This document shows positions 38,001 through 52,065 of a DNA stretch of 64,000 nt, one piece after another. The notes below the pieces were generated by a model that searched no databases, was not told where the DNA came from, and saw only the letters and a list, made by a program, of their open reading frames with translations. Position 1 is the first letter of the stretch. The number at the start of each line of letters is the position of its first letter. The position numbers and the translations under genes are program-made. Source of the DNA: Antedon mediterranea (taxonomy: Eukaryota; Animalia; Echinodermata). Where the stretch lies: contig NC_092679.1 in NCBI RefSeq assembly GCF_964355755.1, positions 4,618,201-4,682,200 of the forward strand, in the 5' to 3' direction.

Positions 38001-40244
38001 CCCCCCCCCCACCCCCACTCGGTATACCTCTGGGAGGTCAAGGCCTCTCAAACACTTGTACCTTTGGGGACATAAACGGAAGAATATGGTATATAATAAA
38101 TAGTGGATTTGGGGAAATGCCAATACACTGTGATAAGCTAGACAATCAAAATAAATTCAATCATTTCAATTTAGTATTATGGTTTTCAGTGAAGAATTAT
38201 ATCCGTTTAATTCGTGTGTCCTTGTTGGTTCATAAACGTGTTTAAAACATTTTAAAATACACTACTACCGGAAATTGGTGTCCAAATCAATACGCTTACT
38301 TTAAAATACATTTATTTTGAGAGTTGTAAATTTCCGTAACACAAATTACAGCATGAAATTAGCAATTGATATTGGCTATAACATGACAAGCGTTCTACCA
38401 ATTCATTGGTTTTTTTTTTGTGCAATATCGTATGAATTCAGAAAGAGAAAATTGATTAATTTCCCGAAATCCTTTAAGTAATTCTTGTATTTCCGACAGG
38501 CGGTGGTTGTATCCGCCATGGTTCGGTGGAAATTGGTTGGCTTATAATTTCTCTGAGATTAATGCTTTAAAATTATGCAATTCATTTTATGAATGTAAAC
38601 AGTTTCAAACACTTACTGTTTTGATTGTAAATAGACCTTCTTTATATGAAATAAACTTGTTTAAAAAGTTCTTTTCTAAAAGAGATAAAGTTTTTCGATA
38701 CAGTTTTTGATAACCTTCCTAATAATCAGAAAGATAAGATAAGATAAAGATGGGCATTTCCTGAATTGTATGGAGTAGCAAAACTCTCTCAATTCCCATT
38801 GACAATCTGACCAATATGACTTACTCAACAAAGTTGTTGACTTTTCCTAACTCTTACTCTTACTAAAGTAGCATCCTAATAATAGAGAGTCCACAAAATA
38901 GAGGTTGCCTGTAGGATTAACCGTAATCCCCGTTAGTTTCACATGAAGATCATAAAAGAATCATAAGGAATAATAAGAAAGAAATGGTAATGGGGTTTTT
39001 TTGCAGCAAAATACTGTATCGTAGGCCTACTCAAGGTTCCAAAAGTGTCCCTTTAATTAGGATGTTCCTTAACTTGAGTGTCCCTAAATAGAGTAATTGT
39101 TCCAAAGTAGTGGTTCTACTTTAATAAAAGTTTGACATGACTACTGTATTTCTTTAAAAGTTTAATTAAGTATAGACCTAATTAATTGTATTGTTTAAAT
39201 TTCACTATTTCAGCAGAAGATTACGGATTCGAATTAACAACGCATTGTGACCCTTTCCAAGACCGACAACCACTTCAATTTCTTCTAGCAGGTGAGTAGC
39301 CTATGATCACGGTTATTGTTCTACAATATGGTGGGTAAAAAAATCACTGTGCTCAAGCATCTTCTGAACAGTAAGGACAATTCAGAGGAAAGAGTAGAAA
39401 AGGTTATTATTTATGACAGAATAAACTAATTGAAATGGAAAGACAATCTTTTACTTATCACACTAAATACAACAAAGAAGATGTAAACAAATAAAAAGAT
39501 GAACAAGTTACGTACAGATAAGGTCCTAAGTAGGACGATTTAGGAAGATGCCAACAAGTTAAATTAAGTTTGGTAGGAAAAACCCGGAATATTTCATAGT
39601 ATGTGAAAAAAATTGAATATAATAATAATTACAACAATGTTTCCATAGGTCCATATCAACAGGTACCTGTTACAGACAGAGGTGACTCGCCACACGACGA
39701 CGAAAGCACGGCGCAAATGTTCATAAAATCCGGATCATATCCAACATTGATTGTTTTCTACATTGCTTCTCCAAGTTCAATGTCTGGAAGCATTGAAGAA
39801 ACAAGCGTTCAAATGAATCTATCACCCGGCGCACAACATGATGAAAGTGGAACAGACCAACATAGACGACGAACGAGAAGGAGCGAACGGCAACGCAGAG
39901 CTGCCGAGCTTGACGAAGATTTCTGTGATTATGAAAATTCAAAAAGATGTTGTCTTCGGGAATTTTATATTGATTTTGAAAAACACCTGAATTGGCGATG
40001 GATACGACGACCACGTGGATACAGAGCTAATTTTTGTGCGGGAAGTTGTCCGTACATGTGGGGTACTGACGTCATGAATACGCAGGTCATAGGTCTTTAC
40101 AAGAAAATGAACCCAGATGCGTCACCATCACCATGTTGCGTATCAAAGAAGCTAAAACCATTATCAATTTTATACTATGAAGGCAACAAACCCGTTGTCA
40201 CAACTCTATCGGATATGATAACGACGTCGTGTAAATGTAGCTAA
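32003..40244 (+). CDS. TGFB: Transforming growth factor beta (TGF-beta sensu stricto) precursor
   Basis: Exons 32003 (or ATG 32042/32075)-32423, 37376-37690, 39214-39291, 39649-40244. Signal peptide, KRTAAIRGQILSKL and EDEYYAK prodomain motifs, AELRIFK, EWLSFDV, RGD, furin sites RRRTRR/RQRR. Nine-Cys mature domain FC...CCLREFYIDFEKHLNWRWI..P.GY.ANFCAGSCPYMW...NPDASPSPCCV...SCKCS. Confidence 0.96.
35273..35595 (+). mobile_element. Full-length tRNA-derived SINE with Deu/Nin core
   Basis: A box tggccgagcgg, B box ggttcgaggc, core ggataaggactataaaccgtaggtcc...cactttaaagaacc...gagtagggggttaccccggtgt, (CAAA)n tail. Confidence 0.85.
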
Positions 40245-43200
40245 GATCGAATCAAATTTATTTATCTTAATTTATTATCAATGTTTTCTGCAACTCAAAG
40301 AGTTGTTTTCTATTAATTTGTCTATCTAAGTGTTTGTCCTAAACTATATGTTTGTGTCCGTTTGGTTGTAGATATAAATAGTAAAAATTGTAATTATTAA
40401 GTAATTGCCAGTATCCATCATCATTATACAATATCATTATTAGTAAAACAGTCCGTAAAGAAAAAAACATTTAGTATTAAAAATGCTATACATTCATTTC
40501 TAGTGAAATTGCTTGGCTTCTGTTTTGTGTGTTGTTTCGTTTTCTAGCTTTGAACAGATATCATGATATCTCTTAACATCATACAAAATACACTACACAC
40601 TTTGAATACAGGATTTTATCCGAAAAAAACGTAAAGTAACAGTTACAGATAATCAACATATCAGAAACAACAATACTTGTTCCTACCTTTGCCAAAACAC
40701 CAGCAGCGCAGATCTTGCATGTCATTGTTGCATAATCGAATACTCCAGGTGCTTACTATTGGGAAAAGCGCGCTACAAGGCTTAACGAACAATTCTTTAA
40801 ATATCAGTGTCTAATTCAATAAGTTGAATATTCATTAAACCAAACACTGTGCATTTATTTTATACTAATTTATTTCTTAATATTTCGAAATAAGTTTTTC
40901 AATTATAATATAATATTACTATTATTATAACAATTCTTCTTTTAAAACATGAACGTAGGCCTAGAAAGATTCAACCCTGCTTTTTTGAATTTCAGAGAGA
41001 ACGAATAGTTGGCATCTGCCGAACAGATTTAAAAACGACTCTACATGCAGCCCGCAAAACACAGCTGACGAAATATAGAATTTGTCTAGGGTTTCCAGGT
41101 TGGCCTTTAAAGAAATAGTCATCATCTACTATAAATAGGTCTAAGCAACGTTGCAGTAGGATTATATTGAAATTTACTGAAAATAATAACGCAAGAAATA
41201 GAGAATTGTCAATGTCCTCAAATAAAATAAAACATCATCAACGACAAAATACATTGAAACTTCACCAAAAACTCAACTGAACTGAAACGATGATAAATAT
41301 TCATAATATTATAAGCAACATGCCATGGGTTTAAAACAACTGGACATTTTATACAACTATTTTTATTTTAATAAAGTTTAGCAATTTCCTTTGTTTAGGA
41401 AAGGGAACACATATTGGTATAAGTTATTAAAAACCTCCACGAAAACCTAATAATCGAAACAATATCACGAAAAATATTTTTTTAAACATACGCTTTAAAA
41501 ACATTGTGTTATAACGATTTTTTAGTTTGAAGTGTTCTCAGGTTTTTCTAAGGATTTTTCAAAAACATCTCAACATAAGTAGCGAAATGACACGTACTGT
41601 ACATTAATATATTGACAAGCAAAATCCCACAACACAGAAATGTCACGTCTCAATGGGTGCTAATTTCATACCCTGAGATTTCAAAGAACATTAAGTATGT
41701 CGGGATACCTTATTTGTTTTACAGGGAGCTTAGTTGTATCACAATATAATTTGTAAAATAGTTACCATTTTCCCAAAGAGATCAAAAGCATCCATCGTTA
41801 ATATTTTATCGCTCCAGGGAAACATTTCCCCAGTGTAGTGTAGGGAAATTTTACACAAAACGACCTTATTGCTATATAAAATGGTGCAGTTAAAATGCAG
41901 CATAAAGCTATGTTTCTACTGTTTTCTTCAGATAAATTACCATATTATTGCTACAAACAATTTCAAATGATCTGTTTCCTACGATAGGCCGATACTTGGA
42001 ATTGATTTGGTGTATTAATTCATTGATGCAGAGGACACTTCTTGGAGAGATATATTTCACAGATGGCAGATCTGAATCCAGTGGGCATTTGCAATAGTGA
42101 TATGATGCCGTTTTAAGTTTGTCCATTTCTCCTGCATCAATCAGCCACTACATCAAAATGGTCAACTCAGCCAGGGGTTTAAAAAGTGTTCTTCGAGGTC
42201 TGTTGTAATTGCAGACACTAGGAGGCCTACGTACACCCACACGATCCAATCTTTTTTTAGTCGTTTGTACTTGATAAATAAGTTTGTAAGTTTGTACCTT
42301 GTTAAGTACGGTAGATACGGAAATACTAATCTGATGAGATCTATTTTAATTTAGCGGATTGATATACAACATCCTGTAAACGTAAATCAAATCTTAGAGA
42401 TCAAATAGACGCATTACAAAGGAATTTACCAAACATTTCTGTAAGTAATAATAAGAAATGCAACCATAAGTTCGTCATGTTTTAGCATAATTAAAATGTT
42501 TAACGGTTTACCTTTGATCTACTATTACTATGAACGGAAGTTGTTACCACACGGATTGGTTTCTACGCATAGTACAGCGCGTTCGTTAGAGGCCTGGTGT
42601 GAGTCGGTAGAGTACCTATTTTACATACCAATTCTATCAAAATCATAAAGATCAAAGAAAAGCTCAAAAGCTAGCAATGAAAACAAATAAAGAAAATATG
42701 AAATTAGTGGAATAATTATTTATTCATAACTGTACACATTTGACAAACTTATGCAAAAAAGTCAACATGTCACAGAATAATAACAATGTCTATTACTGTA
42801 TATACAATTACTTTTAAAATATACAAACACAACCCAGATTTATTGCTTTTAAATTGGATAATTTTTTCAAAGAAAAGTTTTAAAATGAAATGAAGATCAG
42901 ATATAAATGAACTAATGGAAAAACAGTGTATGAAATTATGTTTACTGCATTAAAAAAATGGAAAAGAGAATAGGTATTGTTCTAGGAATGATTTGAATAA
43001 ATGATGGTGATTAGACAACAGTGATATTGAAGATGCTAATGATTAAAAACACACTTAAGTCAACACTTAAGTACTAAAAATGCTTACAGTACATATCATT
43101 GGGAAAATGTATGTCTTCAAAAGTGACTTAAGATGGTTCTTAAAATACTTCTTCCACAACTACAAAATAACAAAGTTAATAAAAAAAGATTCACATGAAG

Positions 43201-44104
43201 AAAGTTTTTCTTATTGCACTATTATTATTTGTTATATTATACCAATCAACTGAAAACTACTTGAAAAAAATATATTTCTTAAATCTAAAATGGAAAAGAG
43301 CAAGATGTGCCCAATTTAAAACATAAATTTAGCAAGATATAACTTAAATGTGTAATTGAAATAGGATAACGCCTAATTATATGCTTAATACTACTTAAAG
43401 TGATAAATTTCAATTTGTAAAAAAAGGTTATGTTTAAATTTCAAATGTCATTAAGATACCAATGTTAAGTAGAGTATAAAATAATTTATTAGTTCTTTTA
43501 AAATATGAAATTTATTGAAAACACATTGGATACCACGTTTAAGTTAAAGAATGAGTCACAGGCAACTAATTCTATGGGGGACCTGATTTGAGTTTCCTCG
43601 CTTAAAAACAGAAGGTCAAAAACTTCCTTTCACTACTTATAAGATTTCTCAACACTTGCACCTGCAAAGCTGGAAAGGAAACTTGCTGGAACATGTAGAC
43701 TAAACTTACTGGAACACATAGGCTAGGCTTACAAGCAAGTCACTGAAAAGGCTTTCCATGTATTACATAACAAGCCTTATCAAGGAGGAAACATATAGGC
43801 TAGTTAAGTGGGTTTATCTGAAATTGGATGTATTTTTGGATGAGTAAAATTACGATTTAGTGAGTATGTAGAAAAAGATTTAGTTAGAAAGAGTTGTAGT
43901 TTCCATATTATTAATATTCTAAAAATTATGGTGAAACAGAAATTACTTTTCGTGAACATTTTGCATATAAAGATACCTGTAAATGCTGTTTATAAAAGAT
44001 TTTTACACAAATAAAAACCAACTAAATACAGAAAAAACAGAACATTTGTTGATTTCATTAGAATAAATGATTTAAAATTTAAAAATAATAATTTAATTTA
44101 GAAC

Positions 44105-44265
44105 AGCTATAACTAAATATAATAAAAAGTATTAAAAAAAACCCCCAAAAACTGTAAAAAAAAAAGAAATACAAAAAACCCACAAAAAAAAAGAAACTCC
44201 TTCCATCCAAAAAAAAAAAAAAATTTATTAAAAAAGCAAAAAAAAAAAAAAACAACAAAAACCTG
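44105..44265. repeat. A-rich low-complexity tract
   Basis: Multiple long poly-A runs. Confidence 0.85.
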
Positions 44266-44973
44266 AAAACTGCACAAAATGAAAGAATTGGAACAGATTT
44301 TTGTAAACCTGGAATGCAAACAGACAGAGAAAGAAACACACTGTTTATATAATAAATAACTAGCCAAAATATACAAATTAAAGTAACTTATTGTTTTTAC
44401 ATATTACTTCTATTGACATATTCATATAACACATTACTAAAATTCTACATACCCTTTAACAAACATTACTGCAGCAAACAGCTTTAAAATGCATATAGCA
44501 GTAGCAAATAATGCAACAAAATGCATACAATCATTTAATAGTATTGTAATAAAACACTGCAGCAAAATGCATAAAATCATTTAATAGTATTGTAGTAAAA
44601 TACTGCAGCAAAAATGCATAAATCACATATGGAATAAAATAATGTTTAGTAATCATTGTAGTTAAAATATCAAGAAGAATGAAAATTCTCTATCCAAAGT
44701 CTTGGTCTTCTTTAACAGGACAGGACTTTAAATAATAAAAATTCTGTTACTTGGTTATACCCAGAAGTGGTCATGGAATTGTGGGCAAGAAAGTGAACAC
44801 ATTAGTGTGCACTTACAAATTCAGCAAACAGAAATATTAAATGTTAGTAGTATTTAGATATAAATATTTTAACATCTTAAAACATAAATTATGTTAGTAG
44901 AGCTACTGTAGGATTCAAACCAAGCACACTTGATTGGTTAGCAACAAGATATTCCGTACCACAACATTAGGAG

Positions 44974-46022
44974 GGGTGTCACGAAACCTAAGACCACGAA
45001 AGCTAAGACCCCCTAAGACCTAAGATCACGAAAGCTAAGACCCAAGACATAAGATTACAAATTTTTATCTTTCGCACCTGCCTTGTATTTTAACTCCCAA
45101 CATTTATTCTGAATACCACACCTTAGAATTGGCACTTTCATGAAAAAGAATCACATAAAAAGTAACAAATACATTTTTAAATTGATGATTTTACAGACGT
45201 TTTTCTTGCACACAAAATGACTAGCCTACAGTACAGTAGGCCTACCCCATGTTCAATGTTTTTGTTTCTATGGAACGTCAAAAGAGCAAAAATTATATAG
45301 AGGGCTGAAAACTCTGTGGAGTCCATCTACAGTGTGGATGGAACAATGTAAAATTAAAATTGTAATGATAATAGTATAATCAAGCAAGTACGAAGAAATA
45401 AATACTGGCAAATAAATTTTAATTTAAAAATCATGATAAGTTTTTTTGTTTCTTTTTCTTATTATTGTTGCTCTTTTGGCGCTCCATAGAAACAAAAACA
45501 TTGAGCATGGGGAGCTCGAGGAGTTACAGTATACAAAGAACACGTCTGTTAAATCATCAATTTAAAGAATTTATTTATTTGTTTTTATGTGTTTCTCCTT
45601 CTGAAAGTACTTATAAGTCCTAATTTTAAAGTGTGGTATTTAGGATAAAGTTAGTCAACAAATTTGGAGTCAAAATACAAGAAAGGCAGGTGCGTAAGAA
45701 AAACATCCTCTGAACCAACACAATGGAGTAAATATATACCAACAAACAACCCGTCAAGTTTGTTTGTTGTAAAGAAAAAATATACATTTACTCAACGGGC
45801 GAAAATAATCGGAGTTTAATCTATGTTTTGCGGTAGTATTAAATTATATTTATGGTAATAAATGAAACCTACTGTGTTTAAAATTATGTATGGATAAACA
45901 AGTATTGTTTTTAAGCTGTAGTATATCTTAGAATTTGTAATCTTAGGTCTTGGGTCTTAGCTTTCGTGATTCTTAGGTCTTAGGGGGTCTTAGCTTTCGT
46001 GGTCTTAGGTTTCGTGACACCC
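44974..46022. mobile_element. Foldback/Mutator-type non-autonomous element (~1.05 kb)
   Basis: TIR gggtgtcacgaaacctaagaccacgaaagctaagacc at both ends. 10-bp TSD with one mismatch (acattaggag / acattaagag). Further internal inverted homology between ~45070-45295 and ~45468-45695. Confidence 0.88.
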
Positions 46023-46406
46023 ACATTAAGAGAATACCCCTGGCCCCATTCTCAATAAACGTTCAATATGATTCACTTCCCACACACCTTTGAACCAGCT
46101 TTTTCCACCTTTTAAACATGTCATTACCCTTTTTGACAAAACGTTCAACTTCAGCCATTATATTAACATGTTTTACTGACTAATAGCATCACATTAACAG
46201 TGCGGCAGTGAGATGTTTCTGATGGAAAAATTGTGATAGTTGCATCATGCACAAGTTAAATGGTGAAGCTATATCAAGTTTCAAGTTTATTGTTTCACAC
46301 AACACAATACAATATGAACAGAAACATAAAATAATAAATACAATTGTGTGAGGAGGACGCATTAAGCCAAGGCTTTAAGTTTGGTCCTCCAGATATAGCT
46401 CTATAT

Positions 46407-46579
46407 AGCTCTGTCTACACTACCAAACTAGTTTGACAAAAAAGTATGGTAGTGATATGCCCACATATGGAAGTGATATGCCCACATATGGAAGTGATAT
46501 GACATCATCATGTCTACAGTATATATATGAGCACTTCACATTTTTTTGTCACATAAAGTTTGATAGTGTAGACAGAGTT
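46407..46579. mobile_element. MITE family A copy
   Basis: TIR agctctgtctacact ... agtgtagacagagtt. Confidence 0.8.
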
Positions 46580-49500
46580 TAGATGATGGTGTAACTGTCA
46601 AGGAAATGCAGACTATTATTGAAACTCTGGCACATACACAAAGTTTTGAAACACAATGTTTTAAAAGTTTTAAATCCAATAATAATATTCATTATTATAC
46701 ATACTACATAAAATTGATTACTGCTATCAACAATTTATTATAGTAAAAAGTTTGGACGAAGGGCAACGAGGGCAGCATTTTTTTGGACATCAGAGTTTTT
46801 TTAAAGACAAAAGCCGCTGGGTTTTACTCTAATCTAATTTACTGAACATTTGTTCATAATTGGTAAAATACAATACATGTATTTAAATATATTTTACAAT
46901 CGATAGAAAGACATCAAAATTGGATACCGTAGAAATACAAGCAAGTTTAAAAGTTGGTTTCTTCATCGACCGATGACGACAAGATATAGCAGCATTGAAG
47001 GAAGACGGTCTTGTGCAATATGATAATGCCGCAGCGTATTAGGTCAAAGGTCATTGCTTATGTTTTGTTGGCGATCTGTTCTGTTTCAATGTCTCGTGAC
47101 ACTAGCTTGTAAACCTGCCACAGAAAGAAAAGAAATATCTGTGATTAAATCTGACTTGGAATAACACAGACATGTACAAATGAATTGACCGCAGCCCTGA
47201 GAATACCTGTGTTGGCTAACTTAATTTTAAAAGGTGTGAAATTTGCCATATTAGTGTCAAATAGAACATGTAGATCTTTATTCCCAAATAATAATACATT
47301 TTTTGTTATCATTTTAAAAGACATGTTACTGTAGATCTTTATTCCCGAAATAATAATACATTTTTTGTTAACATTTTAAAAGAAAAAATATTACCAGTAT
47401 TGTTAACTGATAAAATCCTCTCAGCAATGTAAATTAATTTTTATTCTTGCAGAATATCTCATTTTACCACATTTTCAAGGCTTTTAATGTCAGAGTGGTT
47501 AAAAAAAATTCAGACAAAATATCAAAATAGTTTACGACTGTCTGGAGAGTTTATTAGAATAACACGGAGAAAATTAAAAGCAAATGTACTTGTTGACTTT
47601 CACCTGGAGGTAAAGTTTAGGAGGTGTGTAGGTGGTAGGAGGCCTTTGTTAGTCCCAACCCTGCTGGCTATAACACGACACATTGTTAATAGAATTTAAT
47701 TGTTTTGGATTATGTTTCTGAGATCATAATTATCAATGAAAACAAAGTTTTGGTAGAGCGTGAACTGGCTGAAGAAAAAGGACATATTTTATTATGTCCT
47801 TTTGCTTAAAAATATCATATAGAGAAGAATTTATGAATAATAATAAGATAAGTATGAAAGGGAGAATGTGTTAAGTTCTTATTATAGGTGTCTTGGTAGG
47901 GAGATAGACATTTTAAGTGTTAAGAATTTGTGAGACCTGTGCATACAATGTTTGACAAATTAAAACGATCTATCAATGTTTATTGTCATTTTACTGTACA
48001 ACATCTCAACAAATACAATATTTCCCAAACTGCACAACGATGCAACAGGGCAAGATAATCTGAATCGAGGTGTTTCATCCTGCTTTGTAAGTTAATTACA
48101 AAGTGTTCCTTTCGGTACAAAAGACGGAAATCTGACATGTTTCACGTGTAGATCTGGTGAGCTTGATGCTACAACAGGTGCAGTATGATCGGGTGCAAGT
48201 GTTTAAGCTATTAAACAATCGCTTCATTCAACGACCTATTTGTGGCTTAGTGAATGACGTCATATCTTTGATGCATTGTCATCTAAAGCTTCAGTAAAAT
48301 GTATAATGCTTACTACTAGCATTAGTGTAGTGGATTACCAAAACTTTGAAAATGCGGATTAGATTAAGATATGATTGCATTAAAATTTCTTTTGTGCACT
48401 GAAGACATTGTTATACAACTTACACTACAGTAATAAAGGCTTTGAGACTGTGGAAGAAGATCATTCCCATTTAGGTTATTTGAAGCATTTAGAGCACTGA
48501 TATCTAAATTCTCTAATTTATCAATGGCTTTGAAATTGGATTAGAAAGTGCTAGGTGAGCTGGAGAATTGAGCAACTCCACTTCCATTGAAATATTCCAG
48601 TACTACACAGCTTTTCGACGAAAACTAGCTCTACTAATCAAATCCTGTTGTCTGGCTTCTGTGCACCGAAAAGATATGCTATAAATTATGGCGCATCTCA
48701 GACATTTGAATATTTTACATAGGTCTAGTGTATCGCAAATAAGAAGTGCTGGCAAATCTTAATAATTTTGTTCTTCCACAATGCTCATCACTTAAAATTA
48801 CCTCTAACCAAACTTGACTGACCTTTACATCACTTATCATTAACAAAGTTATCATATCTTGACCCCCACTATGACAATTACACGCATTATTGTCATAGCG
48901 ATTAACATACTAGCGGATCAATCATCATTTTTTCATTTGTCGAAATCAAATGAAACAATCGGAAAACCCATGCTGTTCTATAATGATTCAATTACGGAAT
49001 AACATTGACCGCTTCAAAAATCTCCAAAACCTAGCCATGTAATTAAGCGACTTAGGAGCGGCACAGAATTATAGGACACCAATAATCACGAGCCTAGCTG
49101 GGTGCTGGTAATGGTATACGTGAGTCTCTTTAAGGGAGGTCTAGTCGGGTTTGAGGTGGATGCTGTTTTGCCAGTGCAAACATTTGAATGCCTAGAAATA
49201 TGGAAAACACCACATGTTTAATTTGTCAGAAGCGTGGCGGTACTTTTTAAGGTACTGGTAATATAAGTAGAAGTGAGTATGGGTCTAAAAATCTATAATG
49301 CTCTATAAATGACTGAATAATGCTCAAATACTGTATAATCCCATCCACTAATTAAAGCTCACATCTACATTATCAACCTAGTTTGACAAAAAAAGTGTGA
49401 CCTGCCCAAATATGGTAGAGATACGCCTAAATATGGTAGTGATGTGACATCATCATGTCCATGTATGGGCACATATATATATCACATAAACATATAGAAT

Positions 49501-49810
49501 AAATAAAATATTTTAATTAAAACAAATATTTGTCTTTTTTCATTTCTCCGAAATCTAAAGTGAAACCAAGATCTTATCACAGGTTAAACATTTGTGAAGG
49601 AGCTTATACAAAATAATACAAAATATTGAATCTATCATCAATAACCCAAAAATATACTGTGACATGACAATATTTGTCCGATTGTTAGTTTAGTTACAAG
49701 TTATAGCAGTTTGAACTTTAAGTCCTTAAGCCTAACTATTATTGGTGTAGGCTATGTCCAGACATTGCTATATCGTTATATACTGTACAAAATTAATTTG
49801 TTGTTCTTAA

Positions 49811-50116
49811 AGATGTATTGTCCCCCTGAAAAAATAATTATTTAAATTTTTATTGTTGAATATGCCATTTAATGTCTTATAACAGTTATCCACTTTGACC
49901 AAAAATTAGATCGAAAAAAAATTTGTTTACCTAAAAAAACTGTAATTTAAAGCAAAAAATAGTCAAATTGGCTGCCTGTCAATGGATTTTTGGTTGAATT
50001 GGGTCTGGTTTTTTTTTCTACAGAAGTGGTTAACTTTATTAAAACTACAAAATAACCTATTCAAAGTCTGATTTAATTAATCTTCATTTTTCATGATTTT
50101 GGGGGACAATACATCT
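49811..50116. mobile_element. MITE with TTAA target duplication (Kolobok-like)
   Basis: ttaa|agatgtattgtcccc ... ggggacaatacatct|ttaa; partial copy at ~1490-1650. Confidence 0.8.
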
Positions 50117-52065
50117 TTAATAATATTGAACTAGACAAAATTCTTTACATTTTGTTGGTGAATTTATGCAAAATTATTAAATCATTATTATCGGTAGTCT
50201 CAGAAAAAAAAACAACAAACAAGCTTTTGTTGAAATAAAAGCATGAACTAGAGTCTGGAAGTTGAAAAGGTGAAGAAAATCTTTTAGCCTTAAATAACTA
50301 AACATACTATGTGTAAATTATAATACCAATATTTTACTGGTTAAACTCACAAATCAAACACACACACACAAATATTGATACATATAATATCACTTTAGTA
50401 TTAGCCTTTGTGATTAATGACATTACTACATTAAGTGTGATAACTTGGGCCAGTTCTTTGCAACTTTTATTACTCCCTTACCACATCCAGGCTAGTTTGA
50501 GATTTACGACATTATCCTAATAGAGACCGGATATGAATTATTGACATAAGGGTATTACTGGAGTAAAAATAGAAAGTATAATGTGCAGTCAACTGTTATG
50601 CATGATGACATCGGGGAAAAGTTAGAATAGTAGGCCTAAAAAAACAAAAATAAACTGGTAGTGGTAAGTGTATCTAAATTTGGCCAGTATAGACTCTAAC
50701 CTAACCCTCCATGATATATGTGCTACACACAAGATACTGTATTATGGAATTTACCTATGACACTGGACAAATAATTGTCACATGTGACAGCTTTCAATGT
50801 GTTGGTTAACCTTGGGCGTATGAAGCTGGGTGGTACATAGTATAAACTAATTGTATTCAGGCATCCAATACAGAATGGTACCCACAAAAAGTTCAAATGT
50901 CAACAAACAAATTATCCCTTCCTAAAACATTTAATTAGTTCACCAAATTGTGGCAAAATCCCATCTGTTCTATTATTCTGAGCCACATCAATAAAAAGCA
51001 CAAACCATTTTTAATCAGAATTAGCTGTTGACCGAATTTATGATGAATAAAAACGTTTAAAAAAAACAATAAAAGTTACTGTTTGGTGTTTATTGCTGTT
51101 GAAGGTTTTGTAATCAAAAGTCAAACGTAATAAAATAATTATATCTTCAGGCAAAAATCTTAAATTAAAAATCTCTTTAAACCTGCACGTATCTTTATTT
51201 TAACTTATTTATTCTACGTTTTTATTATTGTCATGTACATTTGTTACGCAATATAAATTGAGGTACTATAAATATCGTAAAAAACTAGGGTAGGCCTATT
51301 TCTCCCTTGTTGCATGTGTGAAGGAATTAGATAAATAATGCTCTTATCTTTCCTCACCCTCCCTCCTCTTTTCAAGTGTTTGCATAGAATACTTATTTAA
51401 ATTGACAGACGTAATTAACTTGTAACAACAAAGTTTTGAAAAAGTGAAATGAAAAAACAAACTGAAAAAAATTTAATTGAATTACTTTTTAACCTTCTAA
51501 AACACTTGGCATTTACCAAGACTATTGTTTAGATGAAAACTAAAAAACAATTAGAAACCACAGTGTGAAAAAAATACACATGTTGGAACACTCCTATGAA
51601 ATGAAAACCTCTGGGACACAATCCTATGAAACAAACAAGTGGAAACGGCCAATCCCTATTAAGGGGTCACCACACCCTTTGGGGACACTTTGCTAGATAA
51701 TGAAGATTTCCCCTTATAGAGGTTCTATACAATACCAAATATACATTTTTACTCATGGTTGAGGACAATGCAACAATTAGTTCAAAAGATACTAAATTCA
51801 TTTCTGTATCGCCATGGCAAACTATTAATTTTGACTTTTATTGTTACTTGTATTTTTGCCATGATAAATAGCTAATAAATAAAATCTGTTTTTAAGTTCA
51901 CTATTAAATTAATTAAATTTAGTGGTCTTTATTTAGAGAAAAACTGATGAAGTAAATGCATTTTTTAAAAACTGTGTTGAATATTAAATGTATATGCACA
52001 GCGAATTGATGGAATTTGATACACTATAAAGAAATTTATAATCAGCTTGCAACACTATCCGTACT

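Noticed and set aside
41908-42230. Coding-like fragment downstream of TGF-beta
   Set aside because: Interrupted by stops with no recognisable motif; probably a decayed transposon piece
44079-44376. Phe-rich membrane peptide ORFs
   Set aside because: Translation of poly-A low-complexity sequence, possibly with homopolymer errors
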